64,000 bases of DNA from Cenococcum geophilum (taxonomy: Eukaryota): positions 1,736,001 to 1,800,000 of the forward strand of contig CP158635.1 in the NCBI GenBank assembly GCA_050273025.1. The letters are read 5' to 3'. The notes under the pieces are model-generated. The model had not been told where the DNA came from, made no database searches, and saw only the letters and a list, made by a program, of their open reading frames with translations. Both the position numbers and the translations under genes were made by a program. Of this stretch, positions 12,820-24,557 are shown in pieces (within the stretch, counting starts at the first letter, position 1; each line of letters begins with the position of its first letter).

Positions 12820-15800
12820 GTACTAGATAACCCGCTAATAACTATAATAGTCTAATGTATCCCTTTTATAGATTTTCCTGAATAAACTCTTTTAATACTC
12901 TACCTTCTTCTTTGGTAAGCTTATAGATTGGAAAGAACCTTAGACTTATTTCTAATTCTAATTTTATCTTATAGTCCTATGCTATATACTTTAACAGCTT
13001 TTTACTCTTTAGTAACCATAGTTTCTTACCATACTTATAGTATCTCTTTAGTATATAGCTTAGCCCTTTTTCTATTTCTTTATAGGTTGCTCCTACTTAG
13101 TACTATACTAACTTAGCTTATTATTATATCTTGCGTTATTAAGTATCCTTAATATTAACCTAACCTATAACCCAATTAATCTTTAGATTGTATTTCTGTA
13201 ACTAAGGCATTCCTAGTACTGCCTTATTATTTCCTAATAGTAATATATCGAAAGACATCTTAATTTATCTCCCTTTAATGGTTAACTAAATAGGTCCTAT
13301 TTTTAGATTAATAATCCCTCCTCTATAAGTTATTGGATCTCCTAAAATTGTCACTAATAGGTAAGGATACTCCTTTTTCCTATGTGGTAAACCTATCCTT
13401 TTAACTGCTGCTAGCGAGATATAGTTCCTTATTGCTCTACTATTTATTAGTATCTTAAACTGTTAATCTTACTACTTAACTTATAAATTTAGGTGCCGTC
13501 CTTAAATTCCTTTAAGGGTTTAAGGCTTTACTACTAGTTCCCTCTAGTCCCGTAGGCCTCTTCTTTTCCTAACTATTAGCTACTTAATCCTATTTATACT
13601 TGGTCTAACTTTAGCCAATACTTAGTTTGCTTTTTATCTTTAATATACTATAGACACGTGTTCTCTAGGCATTCCTACTACTATTATCTATCTAGGTATT
13701 CTTCCGTAAGGAATCTTCTTAGTTAAAGTATTAAGTCTCCTAACTCCTAAACTTCTACTAAATGCCAGCTATATATATACTTGGTATTTCTATATTTCTG
13801 CTCTTCCGTTATCTAATACATTCTTATAGGATACTTATAGTGCTTATTCTTTAGTGCTTTATGTATATTATACGTATTATCTATATATATAATCTATAAT
13901 AGCATATAATATACCTAGTGTCTTAGGTTAACTCTTGGCTCGTTTTTATCCCTAAGTTTAAACCTTTCTCACGTTAATCTAAACGTTGCGACTTTATTTA
14001 CAGGTACTAAGATACGCCTTTTACTTCTCTAGTCCTCTAAACGCTCCTCTAGATCCTTTAATATTATAATTAAGGCTCCTTTAATATAATTTATGGCCTT
14101 CTCTATAATCAGGTGGTCTTAGATAACTTTTTCGTCCAACTATATATAGAAATCTTCCTACTTATCGTTGTGCCTTTATCTATACCACTTTTGGTATAGC
14201 TGCTAGAGTGTATACGGCTCGTCCGTAAGGAAGTATCTTCTTATTACTATATTGTAACAGCCTTTAGTATATCGTTCCTTAAATCTAGTTAGAATCCCTA
14301 GATCCTCTTCTTATTCTAGTTTAGTAAGCCACTTAGCTCTTAGTGTGCCTGCCTTAGGCCTATTAGTAATTCTTTATACTAGTGCTCTATCCCTTATACG
14401 TCCTAATATACTAGATCTCTTATCTAGTTTCTAGTTTTGCTATAAGGTAATTCTCGCTCTAAATTCCTCTATAGTTTCTTTCTTTTCGCGTCTTATAAGT
14501 AGATCCTTAAAGTTTTCTTGCTTTTTAATCTTAGTATTAACTCTTTAATCTTTAGGCTAAACGCTATATTCCCCTAGTAAGTCCTCTAGGTCTATATATC
14601 TATCTCTTAGTCTAGTTACTATTTATACTATAGATTCTCTAATCTTATTAATAGTCCTTATTTATGTCTCGAAGTTTTAGTTCTATAGGATTCTTAATTC
14701 TAAGCTCGCTTTTATCTTAAGCTTTACTCCTACCTTAGTCCAACTAAGCTTAGGTGTTCTTATCTCGTTTTAAGAGTTTTAAATCTCACTTATCTCGTCT
14801 TAAGAGTCTTATACCTATAGGAAACTCTATCCTAAGCTTATTTGTATATCTTTAAACTAAGCTATTGCCCTACTCTATTAGTTTCTATCCGTTATAGGTC
14901 CTTAGGTATGCCTTATCTCATCTTAAGAATCTTAGTCGTCTTTTATCTTATCTTAAGAATCTTAAGCCCTTAGCTTTTTGCCTTTATTAAATAATAAAGT
15001 AGCACTAGCAGTTATCTGCTTACTTGGTCTCTATAAAATACTCTTCCTTTTATCTTATAAAGCAATAGATACCGTATCTAACGGTGTTATAACACCCGTT
15101 ACTAAACCTTGCTCTATAGCGGTCCTAGTCTCTACCTCTAATATAACTTCTCTAAGGTTTGCACGCTCCTAGTAAGCTACCTTTATTTCCTTATTGTCTA
15201 TAAATATTTCGCCTATGTTAAACTTATTGTCTTTAATGTCCGATCTGCGCAATAGTTTATTAGTTCCCCTATACTCTAAGGATTTTAGCTCCTATGGCCA
15301 ATAGCTTACGCTATACTTAGCGTTCTTATAAATTCGGCATATATTATTATAACAAAACGCGAAACTTCTAATTAAACATTCTTTTGTTCCTTATAGTACA
15401 CTATTATCCCTTTATACGTGTGTATCTTCTACTAGTCTAGTTCCCTTTATTATATAGTAACTCTAACTATCTTTATAATCCCTCGCAAAATAACCTTATT
15501 TCCCGCAATTTATATAAGCTCCGTCTCTAAACCACTAACTTTACTATAGAGTTCGCTTAAACGTCTTCTGCTGCTAAGATCCCTAGTTTAGCCTCTGCTC
15601 CTTAGTCCTATAATTACTAGATCCTTAACCTCTAAGTTTTTATAGTTTCTTACTCTATCTCTTATAGGCTTCTTTAGTACCACTTAGGTCCATTAGCTCC
15701 GCGCTATACTATAGTTTCTAACTTAGCTTTAGTTATTACGTGCTCTGCGCCTTATATAACTATAGAACTCTATCTTAGCCTCTCTTAGCCTGTTCCCTTT

Positions 15801-17002
15801 AGTAGATCCAATTATTAATCTTAATTACTTAATCTACTAACTCCTATAGGGTATCCGTATCTTCCATTAGGATAATTACATCCTAGACTTTAGCCTTAAG
15901 TCCTTATTTATACTATGCTATAAGCGCCTTATTATTCCACTCTACTTATATTACTAGCGTCTAGAACTACGTTATATACTTAATTACTAAGGTCCATTAC
16001 GTAATATCTTGGAGTTTTCTTTCCGCTGTGGTTACTGCCTCTAGGTCTCTAAATATTTATATAAGTCGCTCTATAAACCCGTTCCAGCTTAAGAATATAA
16101 ACCGTACCTCTTAGTTCGTAGTTATTATTCTATTTACCTAGATTTCTATAAGGTAAGATTTAAACCACTTAAGTGCCCTTTCTATTAAGAACAATCCCGC
16201 ATACGCTATTTAATCCATAGGTATTACCAGCTTAGCTCCTTCCTACGCGACCTTAAAGTACATTTATATAAGGAATCCTTTAAGCTTTAATCTTTCTCCT
16301 AAGTATCTCTTAATTAATAGTAACTTAACCTTTACTACGCCTATCCCGTTAATCCTATTTTCTAACGTTATATTATTTTCTGTTAACTAGTTAACTATCT
16401 CTTATAATTATCCGACCATTATAGGTTACTGCGAGTTAGTGTCCGCTATACTAGTGTCCCCTCCTAACCTTAAAGTAGTTGCCGCCGTTAATAGCGTTAT
16501 GGTGGCTGCTTTTAGTGGCATATTATTTAACTTTCTATATTTAATACCGTAACTAGGTAGTGATTATATAATAAAACCTTATAGCAGGAACTACGGTGGG
16601 CTTGTTAATGGGCTAGGTATATAGGTAATACAAATTAAAGTTAACAACGTAATAATAACTGGTAGAGTGGTTGCCTAACAGATTAACTTTAATTATATTC
16701 TAAGAATTACTACAAGGAAGGAACTATCTAGGTAGGGACTAAGGGTCCTTAAATACACAGCCGTACTCCTATAAAATCCTTCTTATACGTAATATACGTG
16801 TGCTCTGTCTACTCTATTACAGATTATATAGATCATATTATATAACCTTAGTTACTATTCCTCGTCACATAGTTCTACTGGCTCTATCCTGGACCGTACT
16901 TATATTAACTAACTAGCTTCTTCCGACTCTTCCCTAAGTAGTTATAATATCGTACTTAAAGCGTCCGTAACAGCTCTAAAGCTCCTTTATACCCTTATAA
17001 TA

Positions 17003-17760
17003 GTATATTAAGGAAAAGAAAGAAATTAAGTATTAGCTAAAAGTAAACTAAGTATAAATAAAATTAGGCTAATAGTTAGGGAAAAGGGAGGCCTATAGGA
17101 CTAAAGGGAGCTAGTAGTAAAACCTTAAACCCTTAAAGGAATTTAAGGATAACACCTAAATTTATAAGTTAATTGGTAAAATTAAAAGTTTAAAGCACTA
17201 ATAGATAGTGGAGTAATAAGGAACTATATCTTACTAGTAATAGTTAAGCGGATAGGGCTACCGTATAGATAAAAAGGGCGCTTTTACCTACTAGCTATAA
17301 TTTTAGGAGATTTAATAGCCTATAAAAGAGGTATTATTAACTTTAAAATAGGACCTATTTAGATAGCCATTAAAGGGAGACGGATTAAAATATCTTTTAA
17401 TATTCTACTATTAGGACGAGATAAGGTAGTATTAGGAATGCCTTAATTATAGAAATATAATCTAAGGATTAATCAGGTTATTGGCTAAGTTAATATTAGA
17501 GATATACGATAATATAGGACGCGTATAGTAACTAAGATAATATAGTACTAAGTTAGAGTGATATACGAAGAGACTAAGTAAGGTTTAAGTTATATACTAA
17601 AGAGATACTATAAGTACGGTAAAAAGCTATAGAGCCTAGAAAGTAAGAATCTGTTAAAGTATATAGTATAGGACTATAGGATAAAGTTAGAACTAGGAAT
17701 AAGTTTAAAGTTCTTTTTAATTTATAAGCTAACTAAAGAAGAGTTAAAAGCACTTAAAGA
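17003..17760 (+). mobile_element. Gypsy pol fragment (protease region), inverted relative of ~12890-13570
   Basis: ALIDSG-like motif at ~17195. Clear reverse-complement similarity to the main Gypsy element. Confidence 0.75.
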
Positions 17761-19893
17761 GTCTCGATCCCCGTTACTAAACCTTACTCTATAGTGGTTT
17801 TAGTCTCTACCCCCATTATTACATCCTTAAGGTCTATATACTCCTAGTAAGTTACCTTTATTTCCTTATTATCGCTGCTAATAATCTAACTATCTCAATC
17901 CTTAGATACTATTAGTTATTAATAAAACTAATCTATAAGAACTTTTTCTGTTAACCTTTGGCTAAATATACCCTTTGGGTCTTAATCTAGTTTATAAAGT
18001 TAATCTTATTCTTTATCTAACTCTAACTTAGGCTCTTATAGCTAATAGCTTGCGCTATCCTTAGCGTCTTTATAAACTTAGTATATATTATTATAGTAAA
18101 ACGCAAAACTCTTAATTAAATACTCTTTTATTCCTTATAGTATATTATTATCCCTTTATATATATATATTGTCTAATAGTCTAGTTCCCTTTACTATATA
18201 GTTATTTTAACTACCTTTATAGTCTATAGCGATATAACCTTATTTTCTATAGTTTATATAAGCTCTACTTTTAAACCACTTTTTCTACTATAAAGTTCGC
18301 CTAAACGTCTTCTGCTGCTAAAATCCCTAGTTTAACCTTTATTCCCTAGTCTCATAATTACTTAATCCTTAACCTTTAGGTTTCTTTAATACCGCTTAGG
18401 TCTATTAGCTCTACGTTATACTATAGTTTAAACACTTACTATAGTGCTTTTCTTATATACGTCAGTCCCTATTATATTCTGCTAAACTTATTACTTTAAT
18501 ATAGCTAGTTATCCACTTTAATAGTTTATTTACTTAATTCTCTTATATTGCTTAGGTCGTCTATTAGTATTATAGTTATTTAAACTTTGGCTTTTAGTCC
18601 CCGTCTATATTACGCTATTAGCACCCCTTAGTTCTACTTAGTTTAGGCTACTAAGGTTTAGAACTATATTATATAGTTTATTCCTAGCCCCTTTTATATA
18701 AGCTGGTAAAGCTTTCCTTTAGCTATTGCTATTAACTCTAGATTTCTATATATTTATATTAGTCTACTAGAAAATCCTTCCTAGCTTAATAATATATACC
18801 GTGCTTCTAAATTAGCAGTAGCTAACCTATTAGCTTATATTTCTATAAGATAGGGTATAAACCACTCTAATGCCTAACTTATTAAGAATAGTCCTATATA
18901 CGCTACTTAATTACTTATAAGCTCTAACTTGCTTCCTTTATAGTAAATCTTTAGTTATATCTATATAAAAAATCCTTTTAGCTTAATTATACTTTTTATA
19001 AGGCATATTGCCTAGGTATATAGTAGGGAGTAGATAAGCCAAGCATAAGTTATAAGGAAAGTTGATAGAAGAGGACGATATGGTAATAAGTATAGTAATA
19101 GCCTTATACGGAGACGAACTAATAAGGAGAATGGGAGGGCTGTAAACCTGAGGAGCTTATAAGGAGGTACCAAGGGCTAGCCTTAATAGCCCCTAAAAGC
19201 TCCTAGGCGTGCACCTAAGTAAGGGTTAAAATAACCTTTACGTTTTCCTTTTAAGAATCTTTTAATTAATAACATTTTAATATTTTCTTTCTTTATACTT
19301 TCTAGCTACTATAGTAGTGCGCCTTAATTGTTATTTATCTCTTTAATAAACTGCTTAAACTATACTATAGTAATTTCTTACAAATTATTATCCTATATAC
19401 TAGTATCTCCTCCTAACCTTAAGGTAGTTAATACTATAGATAGCGTTATAACTAATACTATCTTAGGTAATATGTTATTTAACTTTATTAATACTATAAC
19501 TAGGTAGTAAATATATAATAAAACCTTATAGGAAATACTACGGTAGACTTATTAATAGGCTAGGTATATAGGTAAATAAGAAGTCAATAATATAAATATA
19601 ATTAGTAGAGTAGGTTATTTAACAAATTAAGATTAATTATATTTTAAGATTTACTATAAAAAAGAGAACTATCTAGGTAGGGACCATATCCCTTTAAATA
19701 TCTAATACTGCGCCTAAGAAATGTACTAAGTACGTTAGTATATTAGTACATCCCTTACGTTTCTATATTCCTATATTTTTACATTCTAAACTTATAATAT
19801 AACTTACTATATAACTTACTTACTCATTATCCTATAGCTTAACTAGTTTTAGCTATTATGGCGACTTAATTAATTAAGACTTTAGCACTGTAA
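17760..19893 (-). mobile_element. Truncated related Gypsy element (gag region plus LTR at ~19514-19893)
   Basis: Colinear similarity to 15030-16760. The LTR starts tataataaaaccttatagg, like the LTR at 16567. Confidence 0.75.
18997..19242 (-). mobile_element. RIP-mutated solo LTR of the same family as 23439-23697
   Basis: Reverse-complement similarity to 23439-23697 along its whole length. Confidence 0.8.
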
Positions 19894-19989
19894 TATAACG
19901 AGCGCAAGCCTATATAATTGGTAGTCTATAGACTTAAATATTAAGATAAGGAGCTAAAGGTAGAAGAGGATACGTCTATATATATATGC

Positions 19990-20420
19990 TAAGGATTAAC
20001 CAAGCCCCTAACCAGATCTGTTATAGTACTATAATACTAGCGCCTTTTATACTATCTTAACTAACCTATTTATATCTCTCCTTAGTAGTTATACTACTAC
20101 TAATATAAGGTCTGTAATAAATAAGCTTAAAGTTAATATAGACTACTTTTCTACCCCCTAAGCTAGAATAGCCTATATCTTTAGCTATACTAGTAGGGAC
20201 GCCTAGATATATCTACATCCACAATATACTACTAACTTAGTAGACCCTTTTATCTTAGAAGAAAAGATAATTAACTACTTATCTTCTATTTATAAGGACC
20301 CCTTTAAGGTATAAAATGCCTACCTTATCTATAAAGGCCTAAATATATATATATATATAAAACAGAGACCTTTTTTACCTTTTAGACCGGCTTTCTATAC
20401 CTAGCTAGCTATTATAAGTT
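19990..20420 (+). mobile_element. Gag fragment of another LTR retrotransposon
   Basis: De-RIPed reading resembles a retrotransposon gag (ARIAYIFS...DPF...LSSIYKDP). Confidence 0.45.
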
Positions 20421-20871
20421 AAAAATGTCACTAAATTAAGAACGGGAATACTATACCTTTAGTTAATAACTTAGAGATATAGGATATCTTTAAGGACAAA
20501 GATAGAGAGAAGGGGGATAGTTGTTACGGACCTTTTATCGGTAGTAGTAAAACTACTAAAAAGAAATATAAATAGGTTGGTAAGATAGTACGGAAGGCGC
20601 TAGAACTAATTAAGCTATAGGATAAAAGGTAACTAAGTTATATAGCTAGTTATATTATAAGTTCAAAATATAGGAATATAAGGGACGTACTTAGTATATT
20701 TTGTTAGACGCTAAGCAGGCTGATGGAAATAATACATATAATGTTCTATAAGGAAGAAGCTTAGGGGCTTAAAGGCCCCGAGAAGGTATCTATATAATAG
20801 CCCGCACGCTATTATATAACACGTTGCTAAGCTTAAAGAGACTGCCTAAATACCCCCCCCCTTACCAATAT

Positions 20872-21072
20872 ATTTCTTAGGCGCAGTATTATATATTTAA
20901 AGGACTATAGTCCCTACCTAGATAGTTCTCTTCTTTATAGTAAATTTTAGAATACAACTAAAGTTAATCTATTTGGTACTTACTCTATATGTTAAGCTTA
21001 TTAATTATTATTATCTATATACCTAGCTTATTAATAAGTCTATCCTAGTATTTCTTATAAGGCTTTATTACA
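20872..21072 (+). mobile_element. Partial LTR, inverted copy of ~19514-19720
   Basis: gtccctacctagatagttctc etc. is the reverse complement of the Gypsy-family LTR. Confidence 0.7.
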
Positions 21073-21699
21073 GAGAGCGCTTTATATATTAGTATATAGT
21101 TTAGTATTATTTACAACGTTAATTTCTACGTAATTAATTAACGCCATTTTAGAATAGAACGCTACTAGTATAGTTAGAATTTAAGGGGGGTGGATTTTAT
21201 TTTTTATATTTTATATATATATATAAGTGCCGCTTAGCGAACAGATAAGTGACCTTTTTGTATAGGGTAAATATGCGGACGTATGGCTGGTCCAATAGGC
21301 TAATGGTATGCGTGTATTAGCGGCTTAATTACCCAGGGGGGTATGGAGGTCGCTAATATCTAAATTTACACTTTCTTAATTAGGAAAATTGACTTACCGC
21401 CCACTGGCAGAATATAAATTTCAATAATAGACGCATTAAATTTATTCTTAAAGCTTTAAATAAAAGGCAATATATAGATAATTAATTAATTAATGAACTA
21501 GCTATTTAAAAAGTGACGATAACTGCGTAGGCGTAGCTTCCTGCCCTATAATAACTCTGTTAAGGCCTCTACTGCTTAAGCGGAGTCCTCTACGCCCTTA
21601 ATTTAAGGCCTTAATTCTGCCTTCTTGGCAAGCTTTTATATAGAGTCTTAGTGTTAAATATATTCTAGAGGAGGCTCTATAAAAGGCTCTGCTTAGCGC

Positions 21700-21980
21700 A
21701 GATTTCTATTAAAGCTACTAGTAAAGCCTTTTATAGAGCCTTTAAAGCTTCTAGTAGAGCTACTAGCAGAGCTACTGGTAGAGCTATTAGTAGAGCTACT
21801 AGTAGAGCTACTAGTAGAGCTACTAATAGAGCTACTGGCAGAGCTACTAGTAAAGTTACTAGTAGAGTCTGCCGCAGAGCCTCCCGTAAAGCTACCTATA
21901 AAGCCTTCTATAAAGCCCTTCGTAGAGCCCTCCGTAGAGCCTTCTATAGAGCCTTCTATAAAGCCTTCTATAAAGCCTTT
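21700..21980. repeat. Degenerate 12-bp tandem repeat (AGAGCTACTAGT / AGAGCCTTCTAT) inside the Tc1 element
   Basis: About 20 units of 12-bp periodicity. Confidence 0.85.
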
Positions 21981-22095
21981 AGAGCTTTTACTTTAATCCT
22001 TCCTTGCCCACTTTATAGATTGGTTAATTATAACCTAGTAAATATCCGCCGCCTTATAGTGTTAGTTATTGTGCCCATTTAAAGCCTGCTGCTAA

Positions 22096-22097
<2 letters not shown>

Positions 22098-22166
<69 letters not shown>
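22098..22166. repeat. (CTA)23 microsatellite
   Basis: Direct read; preceded by ctgctgcta. Confidence 0.95.
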
Positions 22167-22167
<1 letters not shown>

Positions 22168-23438
22168 CCAGTTTAAGGCTCTATAAAGCTAACTTTAAAT
22201 ATTAGCTTCGTCGAGTTTCTTCCCTTTATATTCGGCCGATTTTGGATTAATTAAGGAGTAAAAGGAGGAGGAGGATTAGCGGGTAGTAAAGCTTTAGGAG
22301 GAGCCTTATAGAAGGAAATCTTTAAGCTAGTAGGCGGTTTAAGTAGTGCCTATTTAGGTTAACGTCGTCGCCAAATCTTTAGATTTTAATTGTCCTATAG
22401 AGGTTCTAAGTTAATAAGTTCGTGTGGTAAATAAGGACCCATTTATATAAGTAGTAAAAGCTTTAGCAGCTAAGGCCTTAAAAGCGTCTACTTATTCTAA
22501 TTAAGCCTGTTTAGCTTAATAAGCACCTGCTACCGCATATAAGCAATAACCTAATAATAATATCAATCCTACCTTTTTAACGCCTTCCAGTCTTAGGTAC
22601 AATTAGCTACTCCCTTGCGATATTTATTGCCTCCTCTATAGCAGATAACCTCTTATATATAACGCGGAATTCGCTCTATCTAAGCTTAAATTCACCACTA
22701 CTTAAGCTCCCCCCATACCTTCTACTATACTTATTTAGCTTCTACACAAGTTTATAGTGCTCCCTTCTATATAGTAACTCGTTTTATATAATTCCAGTAG
22801 GGCTTAATTATATTTAAATTGGGTAAATTACTAGGCTAAAGTAATTGCTAAATATTTGCTGCATTAAAGTAGATCTACTAGTGCTTTAACATATAAGGGG
22901 CAGCTTTATCCTCTTATATAATTATATCTAGGCGATTAATCTAGCACTTAATTGCGAATAGAATAAGTTTTAGAAGAAGGATATTTATAAAATAGCGGTA
23001 CCAATTAATGCCTCCCTTTTTGCTATTACGCTAAAAAGCACCGGTATCCTTAGTAAGGCGGAATAATAGCTTCCTTCCTAGCTTATTTTTAAGGCCTAGT
23101 TAACTTATACTAGTAGTAAGCGCCCACGCCTAACAAAGCTCTGGCTTAATTACGTCATTAATTTTCTAAAGGTCCTTTTTTACCGCCTTCTTTTCCACTT
23201 TAATCTCCTTCTTTTGGATATAGTAAGGACCCTTCTAATTATATAAGAAGCAGCCCCAGAACATAAACTTGGAGGCCTTTTACTAGCAAGGTCGAATAGA
23301 CTGTTTATTAACTTTTTATTTAGCTAAACGCTAAAGCTTATACCTACCTCCCCTATAGCCCAAAATAACGCCTATCTCGTTGCTCTAAATCACGGCCTTC
23401 TAATCCTTAATTATCTAATTTTAATACTGTAAAGCGAA

Positions 23439-23697
23439 TGTAAGGGTACTTTTGGACCCTTACTCGGCTGCATTGCCTAGGAGCTCTAAGGGGTAGCTAA
23501 GGCCTAGCCGAAGGCTAGGCTTGGCACCTCCTTATAAGCTCCTTAGGCTTACAGCCCTTTCCCTCCTTATCGGTTCGTCTCTGTACTAGGCTATTGCCTA
23601 CCCTCATTACCATATCGTCCTCTTCCATCGACTCTCCTTGTGACTCATGCTCGGCTTGCCTGCTCCCTACCGTACACCCTGGCAATACTGCCTTACA
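23439..23697 (+). mobile_element. Solo LTR inserted in the Tc1 transposase
   Basis: TGTAAGG...CCTTACA ends. TSD GCGAA at 23434-23438 and 23698-23702. Confidence 0.92.
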
Positions 23698-24557
23698 GCG
23701 AACTAATAGCGAGCTTCCATTATAGCCGGTATAAGGCCGGGCTTTTATATAGGCTTAGTCTTGCAATATTTATAACGTTAAAGGACTCGCCAGATTGTTT
23801 AGGTAGAGTAGCCGCATTTAGCAGCAATATAGGCGCAGGACTTCTCTCTGCTATATTAATCGGAGGTAACCTTCTTAAGGATTTGCTGCTTAAATTCGCG
23901 CGTATATTTGGTTTTTCTGCTAGGATAAGGAGCGTCAACAACGTAGCCGTTAATTATAAGGGGATTTGTAATAGGATTCCAGCTGTAATTAAGGGCTTTT
24001 TTAATCAAATACTAAAGGGATCGACGCTTAATTCTTATAATATTTTTGATTTGATTTAAGGTAGCTCCCATGGCCTTTATAGCCAGGGCCTAGGTCCTGG
24101 TCGCAATCTCATAGAAGACCATAGTTAGTTTAACAATCTTAAAACTTAGGAAGAGTCATAGGTTATCGTTTATACGATTATGCGATTTTAGTAGCGCTAG
24201 TGTCGGTGTAATAAAGGAGTTAAGGGTACAGATAAATTCTGCCGGTTCTATTTTGGGGCGGTCAGAGGGCAGTAAGTCAATTTTCCTAATTAGGAAGGTG
24301 CAAATTTAGATGTTAGCGACCTCCGTAAGATATTCGAATATATCCACGGCTTGGCTGCAGGTGGCGCCATGACAAGGTGTGTTAGGGTCACGTGCGGCTC
24401 AGCGACTCAGCGGGTGCTCAGCCGGGCCATCAATACTAGTAAATCAACGCTTGTTACCACACTTGGGATGGCGTCACCGAAAAAGCAAAGGCGCCACGTA
24501 TAAATCGCTATGTGAAGCACCTAATACATATATATCCGAAAGACTGTAACCGCTGCT

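Larger units (their letters stand above)
2555..16972 (-). mobile_element. Ty3/Gypsy (chromovirus-like) LTR retrotransposon, full length but RIP-inactivated, with two nested insertions
   Basis: LTRs at 2555-3200 (containing an insert) and 16567-16972. TSD GCTCT at 2550-2554 and 16973-16977. PPT at 3201-3220 on the minus strand. De-RIPed minus-strand remnants run gag/CCHC knuckle (~15470-15520), protease (~13450), RT ([13 protein letters not shown] ~6520-6565), RNase H, integrase, then a chromodomain-like region. Confidence 0.92.
21344..24325 (-). mobile_element. Tc1/mariner DNA transposon, RIP-inactivated, containing a solo LTR
   Basis: TIRs of about 59 bp at 21344-21402 and 24267-24325, with TA on both sides. 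Minus-strand transposase remnants: VVDAP..RK.KY (HTH region, ~23940), SKFMFWGCF (~23245-23275), DKAAP (~22900). Confidence 0.88.

Noticed and set aside
23640..24059. 139-aa plus-strand ORF
   Set aside because: Spans a solo-LTR junction and lies antisense to the RIP-mutated Tc1 transposase.
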